DNA of 7,316 nucleotides from a virus (Duplodnaviria; Heunggongvirae; Uroviricota; Caudoviricetes): IMG/VR virus record IMGVR_UViG_2778261350_000002; one strand, 5' to 3'. Shown piece by piece: positions 7,188 to 7,316 of this stretch (position 1 is its first letter; each line of letters starts with the position of its first letter). The notes under the pieces were generated by a model. It saw only the letters and a program-made list of their open reading frames with translations, ran no database searches and was not told where the DNA came from. The position numbers and the translations under genes were made by a program.

Positions 7188-7316
7188 ATGTCAAGACTCA
7201 AGACTCAAGACTCAAGACTCAAGACTCAAGACTCAAGACTCAAGAATCAAAAAAAAAAAAAAAAAAACAAACAAACAAAAAAAAAAACACAAAACGACTA
7301 AAAAAACAAACTAAAA
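7188..7316 (+). CDS. neuO: 5' end of a phase-variable gene with a heptad-repeat N-terminus; candidate polysialic acid O-acetyltransferase (neuO-like). Partial: the window ends inside the low-complexity tract
   Basis: ATG 7188 with AGGA 7 nt upstream, then TCA and AAGACTC repeats encoding M-SRLKTQD-SRLKTQD-SRLK... The AAGACTC heptanucleotide right after the start codon, downstream of an endosialidase tailspike in a P22-like prophage, is the described arrangement of neuO in CUS-3. In this repeat configuration the ATG frame reaches TAA at 7299-7301. The frame with positions congruent to 2 mod 3 stays open to the window end. The catalytic part of the gene is not in the window. Confidence 0.5.
7191..7248 (+). 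repeat. Heptanucleotide tandem repeat (VNTR): 7 perfect copies of AAGACTC plus 1 degenerate copy
   Basis: Perfect period-7 tract 7191-7245. Written as AAGACTC, the units are at 7193-7199, 7200-7206, 7207-7213, 7214-7220, 7221-7227, 7228-7234 and 7235-7241, followed by AAGAATC (7242-7248). A 7-nt unit changes the reading frame with each gain or loss. Confidence 0.9.
7249..7316. repeat. Homopolymer A19 followed by CAAA/A-rich low-complexity sequence to the window end
   Basis: 7249-7267 is 19 consecutive A, then CAAACAAACAAAA AAAAAAA CACAAAACGACTAAAAAAACAAACTAAAA. Extremely A-rich and atypical for enterobacterial coding DNA. Confidence 0.9.

Noticed and set aside
7191-7248. CRISPR array
   Set aside because: The repeat unit is 7 nt with no spacers, and it sits in-frame directly after a start codon. 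This is a coding VNTR, not a CRISPR.
7249-7316. Eukaryotic mRNA poly(A) tail or cDNA origin
   Set aside because: Everything upstream is unmistakably phage/prophage DNA with bacterial SDs and terminators, and the tract is interrupted by CAAA units. A read or assembly artefact cannot be excluded and is flagged in the findings.

Overview
This 7.3-kb window reads as the right end of the late region of a P22-like temperate phage or prophage. In order: (1) a complete 340-359 aa gene on the + strand with a (GxxxG)5 glycine-zipper segment (27-1106); (2) a minus-strand, translationally coupled unit of an Mnt-like ribbon-helix-helix repressor plus three small uncharacterised genes: a zinc-ribbon protein, a tail-anchored coiled-coil membrane protein and a 140-aa helical protein (1131-2574); (3) a divergent promoter/operator region (2581-2679); (4) a 46-aa Arc-like repressor that is absent from the ORF track (2680-2820) and an Ant-like antirepressor (3053-3988), with a candidate sar-like antisense RNA between them; (5) a strong intrinsic terminator (4006-4030); (6) a 981-aa chimeric tailspike (4089-7034) with a P22-gp9-like head-binding N-terminus, an endosialidase-type body carrying two Asp-boxes, and a C-terminal self-cleaving chaperone domain, as in K1-capsule phages such as CUS-3; (7) an AT-rich moron whose first codons are a heptanucleotide tandem repeat (AAGACTC x7) followed by A19, the signature of the phase-variable O-acetyltransferase gene neuO. 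The best candidate for an undescribed system is the three-gene cassette riding on mnt at the position where P22 carries sieA. All homology statements come from reading the translations and from memory of these families; no database search was run.
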